NCBI GenBank assembly: GCA_963774905.1
Contig: CAVZHC010000003.1
Location: 142,113-206,112 of the forward strand
Origin: an uncultured Actinomycetota bacterium
GTDB lineage: Bacteria; Actinomycetota; Actinomycetes; Streptosporangiales; Streptosporangiaceae
Reading direction: 5' to 3'
DNA length: 64,000 nt
The notes beneath the pieces were generated by a model. That model did not search any database. It was not told the DNA's origin and saw only the letters and a program-made list of their open reading frames with translations. Positions 29,702 to 41,045 of the stretch are shown here, in pieces. The position numbers and the translations under genes were made by a program. Every line of letters begins with the position of its first letter. The first letter of the stretch is position 1.

Positions 29702-30733
29702 ATGACTGATTCCGAAGCCGCTCTCCCGCTGCTGTCCCGGTACGCGATCATGGTCGACGTCGGGTACATCTACGCATCCGCCGGCGAGCTCCTGTTCAGC
29801 GCCTCCTCCCGGCGCGAGTACCGGGTCGACGCCGACAAGCTCATCGCGGCGCTGATCAAGCACGCGGACGACCAGGTCAGGGGCCAGCTGCTGCGGGTCT
29901 ACTGGTACGACGCCGCCAGGGACCGGGTGCCCACGTTCGACCAGCGGGTCATCGCGCAGATGCCGCTGGTCAAGCTGCGCCTGGGCAACCTGAACGCGCG
30001 CGGCCAGCAGAAGGGCGTGGACGCGCAGATCAGGGCCGACATGGAGGCCCTGGCCAGGCACCGGGCGATCACCGACGCGGTCCTCGTGGCCGGCGATGAG
30101 GACATGGTCCCCGCCGTGGAGGCCGCTCAGGCGTTCGGCGTCCGGGTGCACCTGTGGGGCGTGGAACCGCCGTACGGGACGAACCAGGCCGAGCGCCTGG
30201 TCTGGGAGTCCGACACGGTCGAGGTGATCGAGCGGACCTTCCTCGAGCCTTACTTCGCGCCGCAGCCGACGGCCGAGTCCGCCCCGTCGGCCGCGCCGAG
30301 CCCGATCCCGGCCAGGGCTGACCAGTCGGCGGCGGCCCACGGGGCCGCGGCCAGCCAGATGGCCGCGCCGTCGCCTGCGCAGCTGTTCGGCGAACGCAAC
30401 CCGTTCCGCTCGCACGCCAAGGTGAACTCCGTGCACCTCAGCGCCACGCACCTGGCGGTCTCCAGGCTCGGCCCGTCCAGAGAGCGGGTCGAGGAGGCCG
30501 GCGAGCACGTGGCGCAGAAGTGGATACTCACCCGCGGCGAGGACAACATCCGCGACCTGCTGCCAGGGCCGATCCTGCCCCCGGTGATCGACAAGGAGCT
30601 GCTTGTCGACGCCGAGAAGGAGCTCGGCCTCTCGCTGCGCTCCTACCAGGAGGCCAGGGAGTGGCTGCGGGACGCGTTCTGGTCACGAGTGCACCGCCAG
30701 TTCGGCGTCGGCGTCGGCAAGTCCAAGGGCTGA
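29702..30733 (+). CDS. NYN-domain (LabA/DUF88-like, PIN-fold putative RNase) protein with a ~150-aa C-terminal extension
   Basis: AIMVDVGYIY...QQKGVDAQIRADM...VLVAGDEDMVPAVEAAQAFGVRVHLWG matches the NYN acidic-residue pattern. Confidence 0.75.
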   Translation: MTDSEAALPLLSRYAIMVDVGYIYASAGELLFSASSRREYRVDADKLIAALIKHADDQVRGQLLRVYWYDAARDRVPTFDQRVIAQMPLVKLRLGNLNARGQQKGVDAQIRADMEALARHRAITDAVLVAGDEDMVPAVEAAQAFGVRVHLWGVEPPYGTNQAERLVWESDTVEVIERTFLEPYFAPQPTAESAPSAAPSPIPARADQSAAAHGAAASQMAAPSPAQLFGERNPFRSHAKVNSVHLSATHLAVSRLGPSRERVEEAGEHVAQKWILTRGEDNIRDLLPGPILPPVIDKELLVDAEKELGLSLRSYQEAREWLRDAFWSRVHRQFGVGVGKSKG

Positions 30734-30760
30734 CGGCCCGGGCACAGGAAACGACCTTTC

Positions 30761-31075
30761 ATGCCGAACGACATCCCACCCCGCACTGCCGCCACCCCAG
30801 CCGGTCCCGCCATCCCGGGCTCAGGGGCGGCCGAGTCCGCCACGCAGGCCCGGCCCGCGCCGTTCCTCACCGTGGTGCGCGGCCGGCCGACCGCCGCCGA
30901 GGTCGCCGCGCTGGTCTCCGTGCTGACCGCGCGCGCCGCCGCGGGTGCGGCACTGGCCGGCCAGCCTGGGCCGGCGGGTGCGAGCCGTTCTGCCTGGTCG
31001 GACAGGTCCAGGCTGCTGCGGCAGAGCATTTCGCCAGGGCCAGGCGCCTGGCGGCGCAGCTCGCTGCCTCGCTAG
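30761..31075 (+). CDS. accE5: Acyl-CoA carboxylase epsilon subunit
   Basis: FLTVVRGRPTAAEVAALVSVLTARAAA...SAWSDRS...PGPGAWRRSSLPR is typical of the small ACC epsilon family. Lies between the beta and alpha subunit genes. Confidence 0.7.
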   Translation: MPNDIPPRTAATPAGPAIPGSGAAESATQARPAPFLTVVRGRPTAAEVAALVSVLTARAAAGAALAGQPGPAGASRSAWSDRSRLLRQSISPGPGAWRRSSLPR

Positions 31076-31183
31076 CCAGCGCCACGGGCGCCGACCGGCC
31101 GCGGGCCGGCCGTTCCCTGCCGTGTGGTCTGACCGGCCGGACGGGCACTCACTAGACTCCTGGCAGTCGCGAAGGAGCATTTA

Positions 31184-33016
31184 GTGCGCAAGGTCCTCAT
31201 CGCCAACCGGGGCGAGATCGCCGTCCGGGTCGCCCGCGCCTGCCGGGACGCGGGGCTGGCCAGCGTTGCCGTGTACTCCGAGCCCGACCTTAACGCACTG
31301 CACGTCACCGTGTCCGACGAGGCCTACGCGCTCGGCGGCACGTCGGCGGCCGAGAGTTACCTGGACATCGCCAAGATCCTCAAGGCCGCGGCCGACTCCG
31401 GCGCCGATGCCGTGCACCCCGGGTACGGATTCCTCGCCGAGAACGCGCACTTCGCCAGGGAGGTCATCGCCGCCGGGCTGACCTGGATCGGGCCGCCGCC
31501 CGCCGCGATCGACGCGCTCGGCGACAAGACCGCCGCGCGGGTGATCGCGCGCAGCGTCGGGGCGCCGCTGGCTCCCGGGACCCAGGGGGCCGTGGCCGGG
31601 CCGGCCGAGGCGGCCGCGTTCGCCCGCGAGTACGGGCTGCCGATCGCGATCAAGGCCGCCTACGGCGGCGGCGGGCGCGGGCTCAAGGTCGCCCGCACGG
31701 CGGAGGAGATCGGCGAGCAGTTCGAGTCGGCGGTCCGCGAGGCGGTGGCGGCGTTCGGCCGCGGCGAGTGCTTCGTCGAGCGCTACCTTGACCGGCCGCG
31801 GCACGTGGAGACCCAGTGCCTGGCCGACACCCACGGCAACATCGTGGTGGTCTCCACCAGGGACTGCTCGCTGCAGCGTCGCCACCAGAAGCTGGTCGAG
31901 GAGGCGCCGGCGCCGTTCCTGACCGCCGGGCAGGAGCGGCTGCTGCGCGACTCGTCCAAGGCGATCCTGCGCGAGGCCGGCTACACCGGCGCCGGGACCT
32001 GCGAGTTCCTTGTCGGCCAGGACGGCTCCGTGTCGTTCCTCGAGGTGAACACCAGGCTGCAGGTGGAGCACCCGGTGAGCGAGGAGGTCAGCGGCATCGA
32101 CCTGGTGCTCGAGATGTTCAAGATCGCCGACGGGCAGGCGCTCACCTTCGACGACCCTGACCTGCGCGGGCATTCGATCGAGTTCCGCATCAATGCCGAG
32201 GACCCCGGCCGCGGGTTCCTTCCCGCGCCAGGCACGCTGGCCGTCTGGCGGCCGCCGTCCGGGCCAGGGGTGCGGCTGGACGCGGGGTACGACCTGGGCA
32301 TGACCGTGCCGCAGAGCTACGACTCGCTGATCGGCAAGCTGGTCGTGACCGGGGCCGACCGGCCGCAGGCGCTGGCCAGGTCCAGGCGCGCGCTGGCCGA
32401 GTTCGAGATCGGCGGGATGCCCACGGTGCTGCCGTTCCATCGTGCGGTGGTGCGCGATCCCGCGTTCACCGGCGAGCCGTTCTCCGTGCACACCAGCTGG
32501 ATCGAGACCGAGTTCGTCAACACGCTGCCGCCGTACGACCTCGAACTGGCCGCCAACCTGTCCGCCGACGGCTCGCCGCCTGAGCGGGAGCGGATCGTCG
32601 TCGAGGTGGACGGCAAGCGGCTCGAGGTCGTGGTGCCCGCCGTGATCGGCGGCGGGACTGGGTTCGGTGCCGGGGCGGGGGCTGGGTTCGGTGCCTGGGC
32701 CGGCGGCGGGGCACGGGCGGGCGCTGGGGTCCGGGCAGGGCGACCCGGGCGGCGGGCCGGGCGCGGGCCTGGCGGTGGCGGCAAGTCACAGGCCGCCGAC
32801 GGCGACGCGCTGACCAGCCCGATGCAGGGCACGATCGTCAAGCTGCTCGCCGCCGAGGGCCAGCGGGTCACGGCCGGCGAGACCGTCGTGGTGCTCGAGG
32901 CCATGAAGATGGAGCAGCCGCTCACCGCGCACAAGGACGGCGCCGTCGCCGACCTGACCGTCGCGATCGGGCAGACCGTCACGGCCGGGCAGGTCATCTG
33001 CCGCATCGCGGACTGA
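31184..33016 (+). CDS. accA3: Acetyl/propionyl-CoA carboxylase alpha subunit (biotin carboxylase plus BCCP domain)
   Basis: [19 protein letters not shown]... ATP-grasp, and a biotinyl-lysine motif EAMKMEQ near the C-terminus. GTG start preceded by AAGGAG. Confidence 0.9.
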   Translation: MRKVLIANRGEIAVRVARACRDAGLASVAVYSEPDLNALHVTVSDEAYALGGTSAAESYLDIAKILKAAADSGADAVHPGYGFLAENAHFAREVIAAGLTWIGPPPAAIDALGDKTAARVIARSVGAPLAPGTQGAVAGPAEAAAFAREYGLPIAIKAAYGGGGRGLKVARTAEEIGEQFESAVREAVAAFGRGECFVERYLDRPRHVETQCLADTHGNIVVVSTRDCSLQRRHQKLVEEAPAPFLTAGQERLLRDSSKAILREAGYTGAGTCEFLVGQDGSVSFLEVNTRLQVEHPVSEEVSGIDLVLEMFKIADGQALTFDDPDLRGHSIEFRINAEDPGRGFLPAPGTLAVWRPPSGPGVRLDAGYDLGMTVPQSYDSLIGKLVVTGADRPQALARSRRALAEFEIGGMPTVLPFHRAVVRDPAFTGEPFSVHTSWIETEFVNTLPPYDLELAANLSADGSPPERERIVVEVDGKRLEVVVPAVIGGGTGFGAGAGAGFGAWAGGGARAGAGVRAGRPGRRAGRGPGGGGKSQAADGDALTSPMQGTIVKLLAAEGQRVTAGETVVVLEAMKMEQPLTAHKDGAVADLTVAIGQTVTAGQVICRIAD

Positions 33017-33027
33017 CGGGCCGACCA

Positions 33028-33384
33028 GTGGCCCGGATAACTGGCGACCCAGGACCGGTCCGGTGGATGGCGTTCGCCCTGGGCTTCCGTCTGCCCGAGG
33101 AGAACGCCGACTGGGTGCGGCACGAGCTCACCGACGCGGGCTGGCGGCTGCGGACCGTGATCAGGCACCTGGCGATCATCGGCCCGATCTGCATCATCGT
33201 CGCCGTACTGCTGCTGACGCTGTCACCCGCGCCGGTCTGGCTGGCCGGCATGATGGTCGGCCTGATCCTCGCAGGCAGCGTCTTCACCGTCGCCGCCTAC
33301 GGCGACGACCTCCGCGCCTCCCGCCTGCGCCAGCACGGCCTCGAAGTCCCCGACGACCCCGACCTAGGCCACCCCGCCCACTGA
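33028..33384 (+). CDS. Small two-TM membrane protein (DUF5313-like, from memory)
   Basis: WVRHELTDAGWRLRTVIRHL followed by two hydrophobic helices. High GC3. Confidence 0.5.
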   Translation: MARITGDPGPVRWMAFALGFRLPEENADWVRHELTDAGWRLRTVIRHLAIIGPICIIVAVLLLTLSPAPVWLAGMMVGLILAGSVFTVAAYGDDLRASRLRQHGLEVPDDPDLGHPAH

Positions 33385-33425
33385 CCCGGCCGGCAGCCGC
33401 ACCCGGGCCGCCCTGAACCCGGCTG

Positions 33426-34865
33426 CTAGATCGCGTCGGCGGGCTTCATGAGCTGGCGGGCGGCCTCGGTGACGCTGCCGGACAGGGACGGGTAGACGGC
33501 GAAGGTGTGGGCGATCTGGTCGACGGTCAGCTGCTGCTCGACCGCCAGCGAGACACCGAGGATCAGCTCGCTGGCGCGCGGTGCCACGATCACGCCGCCG
33601 AGCACGATACCGGTATTGCGCCTGGTGAACAGCTTGACGAACCCGTCGCCGAAGCCGTCCATCTTGGCCCGCGCATTGGTGGCGAGCGGCAGCTTGACCA
33701 CGCGCGCGCCGACCGCTCCGCTGTCCACGTCGGCCTGGGTGACGCCTACCGTGGCGATCTCCGGCTCGGTGAAGATGGTGGCTGCCACGTGGCGGAGCCG
33801 CAGCGGGGCGACGGCCTCGCCGAGCGCGTGCCACATCGCGATCCTGCCCTGCATGGCGGCGACCGAGGCGAGCATCCACACGCCGGTGCAGTCGCCTGCC
33901 GCATAGACGCCGGGCGCCGAGGTACGCGACACCTTGTCGACCGTGATGTAGCCGCGTTCGCCCAGGTCCACGCCGGACTCGGCCAGCCCGATCCCGTCGG
34001 TGGACGGGACCATTCCGACGGTCAGCAGGCAGTGCGACCCGCGCACGGTCCTGCCGTCGGCCAGCATCACCTCGACGCCGCCTGCGGTGCGCTTGGCCGA
34101 GACGGCGCGCGACCGGCCGAGCACCGACATGCCGCGGCGGCGGAATACGTCCTCCACGACCATCGCCGCGTCGGTGTCCTCGTTGGGCAGCACGTGCTGG
34201 CGGGAGGAGACCAGCGTGACCTGTGACCCGAGCGCCTGGTAGGCACTGGCGAACTCGGCACCGGTGACGCCGGACCCCACGATGATCAGCTCGCCGGGGA
34301 TCTCGGCCAGGTCGTAGAGCTGCCGGCAGGTCAGCAGCCGCTCGCCGTCGGGGACGGCGTCGGCCAGCACCCTGGGGTGCGCGCCGGCCGCCACGAGGAC
34401 AGTTTCCGCCCTGATCTCGCGGCTGCCGACGGCGACCGTGCCTGGGCCGGCCAGCCGCCCGCGCCCGGTGACGACCTCGACGCCCTCGGCCTCGAGCCGC
34501 GCGGCGACGTCGGCGGACTGCGCGTGAGCGAGGTCGCGGATGCGGGCGTAGACCAGCGGGGCGTCGGCGCGGGCGTGCCCGTGCAGCGCGGAGAACGAGC
34601 GGGCCGGCCCTGGCTCATGACGCTGGCGCTCCGCGCCAGCGTCATGAGCGAACCTGATGCCGAGGTCCCCCGACCCCTCCATCGCCGCCATCAGGCTGGA
34701 CGTGGCGATCAGCGTCTTGGACGGGACGCAGTCGGTCAGCACGCAGGATCCGCCGAGCCCGCTGTCCTCGACGACGGTCACCTCGGCGCCGAGCTGCGCG
34801 GCGACCAGGGCCGCCTCGTAACCGCCCGGGCCGCCGCCGATGATCGCAACACGCGGCTGGCTCAC
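33426..34865 (-). CDS. lpdA: Pyridine nucleotide-disulfide oxidoreductase, LpdA-type NAD(P)H quinone dehydrogenase
   Basis: VAIIGGGPGGYEAALVAAQLGAEVTVVE...GGSCVLTDCVPSK. Second NAD fold IVGSGVTGAEFA. Synteny with the GGCT-like and M20 amidohydrolase genes. Confidence 0.75.
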   Translation of the reverse strand: MSQPRVAIIGGGPGGYEAALVAAQLGAEVTVVEDSGLGGSCVLTDCVPSKTLIATSSLMAAMEGSGDLGIRFAHDAGAERQRHEPGPARSFSALHGHARADAPLVYARIRDLAHAQSADVAARLEAEGVEVVTGRGRLAGPGTVAVGSREIRAETVLVAAGAHPRVLADAVPDGERLLTCRQLYDLAEIPGELIIVGSGVTGAEFASAYQALGSQVTLVSSRQHVLPNEDTDAAMVVEDVFRRRGMSVLGRSRAVSAKRTAGGVEVMLADGRTVRGSHCLLTVGMVPSTDGIGLAESGVDLGERGYITVDKVSRTSAPGVYAAGDCTGVWMLASVAAMQGRIAMWHALGEAVAPLRLRHVAATIFTEPEIATVGVTQADVDSGAVGARVVKLPLATNARAKMDGFGDGFVKLFTRRNTGIVLGGVIVAPRASELILGVSLAVEQQLTVDQIAHTFAVYPSLSGSVTEAARQLMKPADAI

Positions 34866-34977
34866 GCTGCCCCATTGTGTCGCATCGGGCCGCCGGGCCG
34901 ACCGCCAGCCTCGGCCAGCCGGCCAGCCTACCGAACCTGTTCACTCCTGCCTCCCCAGACTCGTACGCTAATCAACT

Positions 34978-35430
34978 GTGGCGTTGTACGCGGCTTACGG
35001 CAGCAACATGGACCCGGCGCAGATGGCCGAGCGCTGCCCGCACTCACCCCAGGCAGGCACCGGCTGGCTGCACGACTGGCGGCTCACGTTCGGCGGCGAG
35101 TACATCGGCTGGGAAGGCGCCCTGGCCACCGTGGTCGAGGAGTCGTCGGCCAGGGTGTTCGTAGTGCTCTACGAGGTCTCCGACTCCGACGAGCAGGCGC
35201 TCGACCGGTGGGACGGCGCGACCCTCGGCTACTACAGCAAGCTGAAGGTCAGGGTCACTACGGCCGACGGCGACGCGCTGGCCTGGCTGTATGTGCTCAA
35301 CGACTACGAGGGCGGCCTGCCGTCAGCACGCTACCTGGGCATCATGGCCGACGCCGCCGAGGCCGCCGGGGCGCCCGATGAGTACGTGGCCGGCCTGCGG
35401 ACCAGGCCGTGCACCTCGATGGGCGCCTGA
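34978..35430 (+). CDS. Gamma-glutamylcyclotransferase (AIG2/GGACT-like) family protein
   Basis: LYAAYGSNMDPAQMAERCP is a characteristic N-terminus (YGSNM). Confidence 0.75.
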   Translation: MALYAAYGSNMDPAQMAERCPHSPQAGTGWLHDWRLTFGGEYIGWEGALATVVEESSARVFVVLYEVSDSDEQALDRWDGATLGYYSKLKVRVTTADGDALAWLYVLNDYEGGLPSARYLGIMADAAEAAGAPDEYVAGLRTRPCTSMGA

Positions 35431-35454
35431 CCGGCCACCCAGGCGCGGGCCGGG

Positions 35455-36210
35455 TCACCTGAGGATCGCGGTGAGCACAAAACCGATCGCTGGCAGCAGC
35501 ACGGTCGCGACGGGGAGCCAGGCCCAGGTCGACCTCATCACCGCTGCTGGCACCGCGGCCGCCGGGCCGGCGCCGTTGGCGCTCGCGGCTGCGCGGGCGG
35601 CGCCCGTCTTGCCGCCACTGCCCGACCTGGCCTGGTCAGACAGCCCGGCAAGCTCCCTGGCGATCACCTCGGCCGGAAGTATCTTGGCCATTTCCTTGCC
35701 CTGCCCCGGCAGCCGGTCGTAGCCGGATGGCCGGCTCCGCGTGCCCTGGGCCCACTGCCGTGCCCGAAGCTGCTGCCTGGCCCTGGCCCTGCGTGGCGCC
35801 GACAGCGCCCAGCTGAACACGGTCTTGTCTTTCTTATCCGCCCCGCGTGCGCACCGGACCTCGACCGAGTCGGCCAGGAAGATCCCCTTGACCGCGTCCC
35901 ACGGGATGTCGAACTTGCGGAACGGGTTGAGCACGGTGATCCCGTCGTCGTCGGCGATCACCCTGGGCCACAGCGTGCAGGCGAAAACCACGCCGGTCAC
36001 TGTCAGCGCGGCGAAGGCGAACTGCAGCGAGACGAACTCGTGGCCCTGAATGACCAGGTCGCCCGCGCAGAGCACGAGCAGCCCGATCCAGCTCCACCAG
36101 ATGACCCGCGGCATCGTCAAGCGATAGACCCGCCGACCGTCGGCGGTCAGCTTGCCCGCCGAGCCTGATCCGGTGACCGGCGGCCTGGCGCGCTCGTTCG
36201 GTAGGGACAC
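35455..36210 (-). CDS. Membrane protein with bacterial PH-like domain
   Basis: Two N-terminal TM helices, then GITVLNPFRKFDIPWDAVKGIFLADSVEVRC, and a C-terminal TM. Confidence 0.55.
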   Translation of the reverse strand: MSLPNERARPPVTGSGSAGKLTADGRRVYRLTMPRVIWWSWIGLLVLCAGDLVIQGHEFVSLQFAFAALTVTGVVFACTLWPRVIADDDGITVLNPFRKFDIPWDAVKGIFLADSVEVRCARGADKKDKTVFSWALSAPRRARARQQLRARQWAQGTRSRPSGYDRLPGQGKEMAKILPAEVIARELAGLSDQARSGSGGKTGAARAAASANGAGPAAAVPAAVMRSTWAWLPVATVLLPAIGFVLTAILR

Positions 36211-36259
36211 GGTTGCGGCAACTCCGATACGCCTGAGGGAGCGTCGGTGAGCCGTGGGC

Positions 36260-37702
36260 TCAGAACGTGCTCTCCCACATTATGCGCTGCGCAGACGGCA
36301 GGGCGCGCCGCCGCCGTGCCGGTCGCGGCGACCGGGCGGGCGGCTGGGAGCGGGTACGGCCGACTGGGCCGGCCGCAGGCCCGCCGTGCGCTAATAACGG
36401 ACCGGTCAGCGCGATGTCGTCGGCCAGCGGGACCACGGGACCGACCGAGCCGTCGGGGCCCATCGCGGCGGCCGAGTCCAGCGTGCCGATCGAGTCGCGG
36501 TCACCGATGCAGCCGATCGCGGTCAGCGCGGTCGCGGCCATCACCTTTACTCCGACCTCGATGCAGCGCTCGTCCACGTCGAACATCGGCTGGTGGATGT
36601 CGAAGTCGCCGGCCGATCCCGGCCGACGGGTGCCGAGCCTGAACAGGCTGCCGGGAATGGACTCCAGGTACCAGGCGAAGTCCTCGCCGCCGAGGCTCTG
36701 CGGCGCCGCCGTGACAGCGTCGGCGCCGAGCACCCGCTCGGCGGCGCTGGCCACCATCGCCGTGCAGGTCGCCTCGTTCACCGCAGGGGGGACGCTGCGC
36801 TCGTAGCTGAGGTCGGCCGTCACGCCGTAGGCGCTGGCCACCGACTCGACGATGTCCTTCAGCATCTCGGGCACGGCGTGCCACGCACTGTCGTCCAGGC
36901 AACGCAGGGTCCCCTCGACCACGCCGAAGTCGGGAATCGCGTTCGACGCCGAGCCCGCGCTGACCCGGCCCCAGACCAGGCTGAGACCGGACCTCGGGTC
37001 GATCCTGCGGGCGAGCGCCGCGGGCAGCTCGGTGATGATCTTCCCGAGGCCGTAGACCAGGTCGGCGGTCAGGTGCGGCCTGGCGGTGTGCCCGCCAGGA
37101 CCGCTGAGCTGGACCTTGACCTTGTCGCAGGCGGCCGTGATCGGCCCGGTCCTTGTCCCGATCTTGCCGACGTCCAGCTTGGGATCGCAGTGCAGCGCGA
37201 ACACCCGGTCCACCGATGAGATACCGCCAGCGGCCAGCACGTCGAGCGCGCCGCCGGGAACCTCCTCGGCGGGCTGGAAGATCAGCCGCACCTTGCCAGG
37301 CAGTGCGCCGGCGGCCGCTGCCCTGGCCAGGAACAGGCCGGTACCGAGCAGGATCGAGGTGTGCACGTCGTGCCCGCAGGCATGGCAGGCGCCGACGTTG
37401 AGCGACCGGTATGGTACGGGCTTCTCGTCCACGATCGGCAGCGCGTCGATGTCCGCGCGCAGCGCAACGGCCGGGTCGTCCTGCGGCAGGCCGCCGACGT
37501 CCACGATGATGCCGGTTCCCCTGGGCAGGATGGCCGGCCTGAGCCCGGCGGCCTCCAGCCGCAACGCGACGCGGCGAGTGGTCCGGTGCTCGGAGTAGCC
37601 GACCTCCGGGTGCGCGTGCAGATCCCTGCGAAACTCGACCAGCTCGCCCTGGTGGCCGTCGAGAAACGCGTCGAGCTCTCCTACCAGGTCATGTTCAGCC
37701 AT
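36260..37702 (-). CDS. M20 family amidohydrolase (N-acyl-L-amino-acid amidohydrolase / AmiA-AmiB-like)
   Basis: FRRDLHAHPEVGYSEHRTT...ACGHDVHT...FQPAEE...GEDFAWY. ATG 37702. Confidence 0.85.
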   Translation of the reverse strand: MAEHDLVGELDAFLDGHQGELVEFRRDLHAHPEVGYSEHRTTRRVALRLEAAGLRPAILPRGTGIIVDVGGLPQDDPAVALRADIDALPIVDEKPVPYRSLNVGACHACGHDVHTSILLGTGLFLARAAAAGALPGKVRLIFQPAEEVPGGALDVLAAGGISSVDRVFALHCDPKLDVGKIGTRTGPITAACDKVKVQLSGPGGHTARPHLTADLVYGLGKIITELPAALARRIDPRSGLSLVWGRVSAGSASNAIPDFGVVEGTLRCLDDSAWHAVPEMLKDIVESVASAYGVTADLSYERSVPPAVNEATCTAMVASAAERVLGADAVTAAPQSLGGEDFAWYLESIPGSLFRLGTRRPGSAGDFDIHQPMFDVDERCIEVGVKVMAATALTAIGCIGDRDSIGTLDSAAAMGPDGSVGPVVPLADDIALTGPLLAHGGPAAGPVGRTRSQPPARSPRPARRRRALPSAQRIMWESTF

Positions 37703-38012
37703 TCGTCGCCTCCGCGACAACGATCAGAACAAAGGTCCGCAGCAGCTTCCCGATCTCAGCCCGACCATTCCAGCCGGCGAGCCGAGCCACCCGGCGCAGC
37801 GCGTCCCAGGCGCGCGACCGGCTCGCCGACAGTGACCGGGCCGCGCCGCGCACCAGACGCGGCGCACGCCGCCACCGCATCCGGCCACCCTGCCGGATGC
37901 GGAATGCGCAGAGCGTTCCCATTCGGTCCTTCAAGCTATCGACGTCGCGTACACATCGGAGCAACCTGACAAACCGGCGCATAGACGGGCGATGAATCCG
38001 CAGCGCCCTCAC
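37695..38012 (-). CDS. Hypothetical Arg-rich small protein (weak call)
   Basis: 105-codon ORF with fairly high GC3. Its stop overlaps the amidohydrolase start by 8 nt (ATGGCTGA). No recognisable motif. Confidence 0.25.
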   Translation of the reverse strand: MRALRIHRPSMRRFVRLLRCVRDVDSLKDRMGTLCAFRIRQGGRMRWRRAPRLVRGAARSLSASRSRAWDALRRVARLAGWNGRAEIGKLLRTFVLIVVAEATNG

Positions 38013-38280
38013 TGACCTGGCGGGTCATTTCCCTCTGCCGGGCTCTCCGGCGTCGCCAGCAAGGTCCGTGAACCGGATTCCCCGCTCATGCCGCAGGCCT
38101 TCGCACATTGCCGCCGGCACTGTTACGAGGCGCCCCGCCGCGCCACACCGACCTGGCCAGACGCGTTCCGGTTACAGGTATGAATCGTAGCGCCCGCGGC
38201 GATCGGGCGCTGGCGTTGCCCGATTGTGACCGGGCCGCGACTACAGAGCGTGTCGGCGCCTAGTCTGCCATCTCCTGGCG

Positions 38281-39861
<1,581 letters not shown>

Positions 39862-40049
39862 GAGTCAAGGTTACGACCTGCCGCGGCGGCGCCCGCTGGC
39901 CAAACCTGCCCGATGCCGGTGTACGGCAGTAACGACATTGTATGTTTAAGTAGTCATATTCATCACATATGCTGCTTAACCTCGCAACCGAGAAAGCGGG
40001 CGATGCCGGAAGGAAACCGGCCTGCGTGCCCGCGAGGATCGAGGGCCAC

Positions 40050-40779
40050 ATGCGCAGCGGGGCACGTACCAGGGCGACAACGGCGGCCTGCATGGCCGCC
40101 GCGTTCGCGGTCACCGGCCTGGCCATGGCTGCCTCTGGTCCGCCAGCCGGCCGGGCGCTCGCGGGCCGGATGGCCGCCCGCGCGGCCGACCAGGCCGCCG
40201 CCGCGGTCGGCCCCAGGCACCAGCCGCGGGTACGAGGTCGCCGACCTGTTCCGCGCGCTGCTGCTGATCTCGGCCAACGACGCCGCCGTGGCCCTGGTGC
40301 AGGCCAGCGGGTCGTATCCGGCCGGGATCGCACTGCTCAACGCCGAGGCGCAGCACCTGCAGGCCTACGATGTGGTGGCCAGGACGCCGAATGGGCTGCC
40401 TGCCCCCGGCCAGCTGGTGTCCGCCTACGACCTGGCCCTCATCGCCAGGCAGGCGCTGGGGATGCCGGCTTTCCTGCGCTACGACCAGACACTCGCGGCG
40501 ACCTTCTCAGGCACCAGGTTCGGCCGGGTGGCCATGGTCAACCAGAACGCGCTGCTGACTCAGTACCCGGGCGGCATCGGCGGCAAGATCGGCTGGACAT
40601 CCCGAGCCGGGGCGACCTACATCGGCATGGCCAGGAGGCACGGCGTCACGCTGATCGTGACGATCCTGCACGCCACCCCGCTGACCGAGATCGCCACCGC
40701 CGAGCAGTTGCTGAACTGGGGTTTCGCGATGAACGGCCGGCTCTGCCCGGTCGGCGTGCTCGTGCCGCCGCTGCGCTAG
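40050..40779 (+). pseudogene. Degenerate paralog of the downstream D,D-carboxypeptidase: signal region fused out of frame to the C-terminal two thirds, SxxK region missing
   Basis: Frame 1 gives MRSGARTRATTAACMAAAFAVTGLAMAASGPPAGR...AAAAVGP. The other frame gives GYEVADLFRALLLISANDAAVALVQASGS...GGKIGWTSRAGATYIGMARRHGVTLIVTILHATPL. Long nucleotide-identical runs with 41500-42060. Confidence 0.65.
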
Positions 40780-41045
40780 AGGCCAGCCGGGCCCATGGCC
40801 TGCCAGCCTCGTGGCCGTTGGCTTGGGCTCTCGTGGTCGAAGCTTTGCTGCCCGATCGCGCCGATGGCCCAGGTTGCGCCGCGATCGCGGTGAAGTGCGG
40901 CCGGAGTATCCCGGCCGGGAGGGGGGAAGGCCCCATCGCGCACAAACAGGTGCCGGCCGGCGCGCATATCCCACCTGACCTCGCCAGGAGCGATGCGGTG
41001 GCAGACTGACTCCGGCCCCGTCCGAATGTGGGATCGAGGAACCGG

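Noticed and set aside
28268-30508. 746-aa minus-strand ORF, and similar long antisense ORFs (25347-27200, 40776-42149, 62586-63692 and others).
   Set aside because: They lie antisense to genes with clear family motifs. They have Arg/Gly/Pro-rich composition and no recognisable domains, which is the usual stop-codon-poor antisense artefact of very GC-rich DNA.
32640-32800. Gly/Ala/Arg-rich segment in accA3 ([45 protein letters not shown]), suspected to be a frameshifted region.
   Set aside because: The reading frame is continuous from the biotin carboxylase domain into a normal biotinyl domain (PMQGTIVK...EAMKMEQ). It is therefore most simply an unusual flexible linker.
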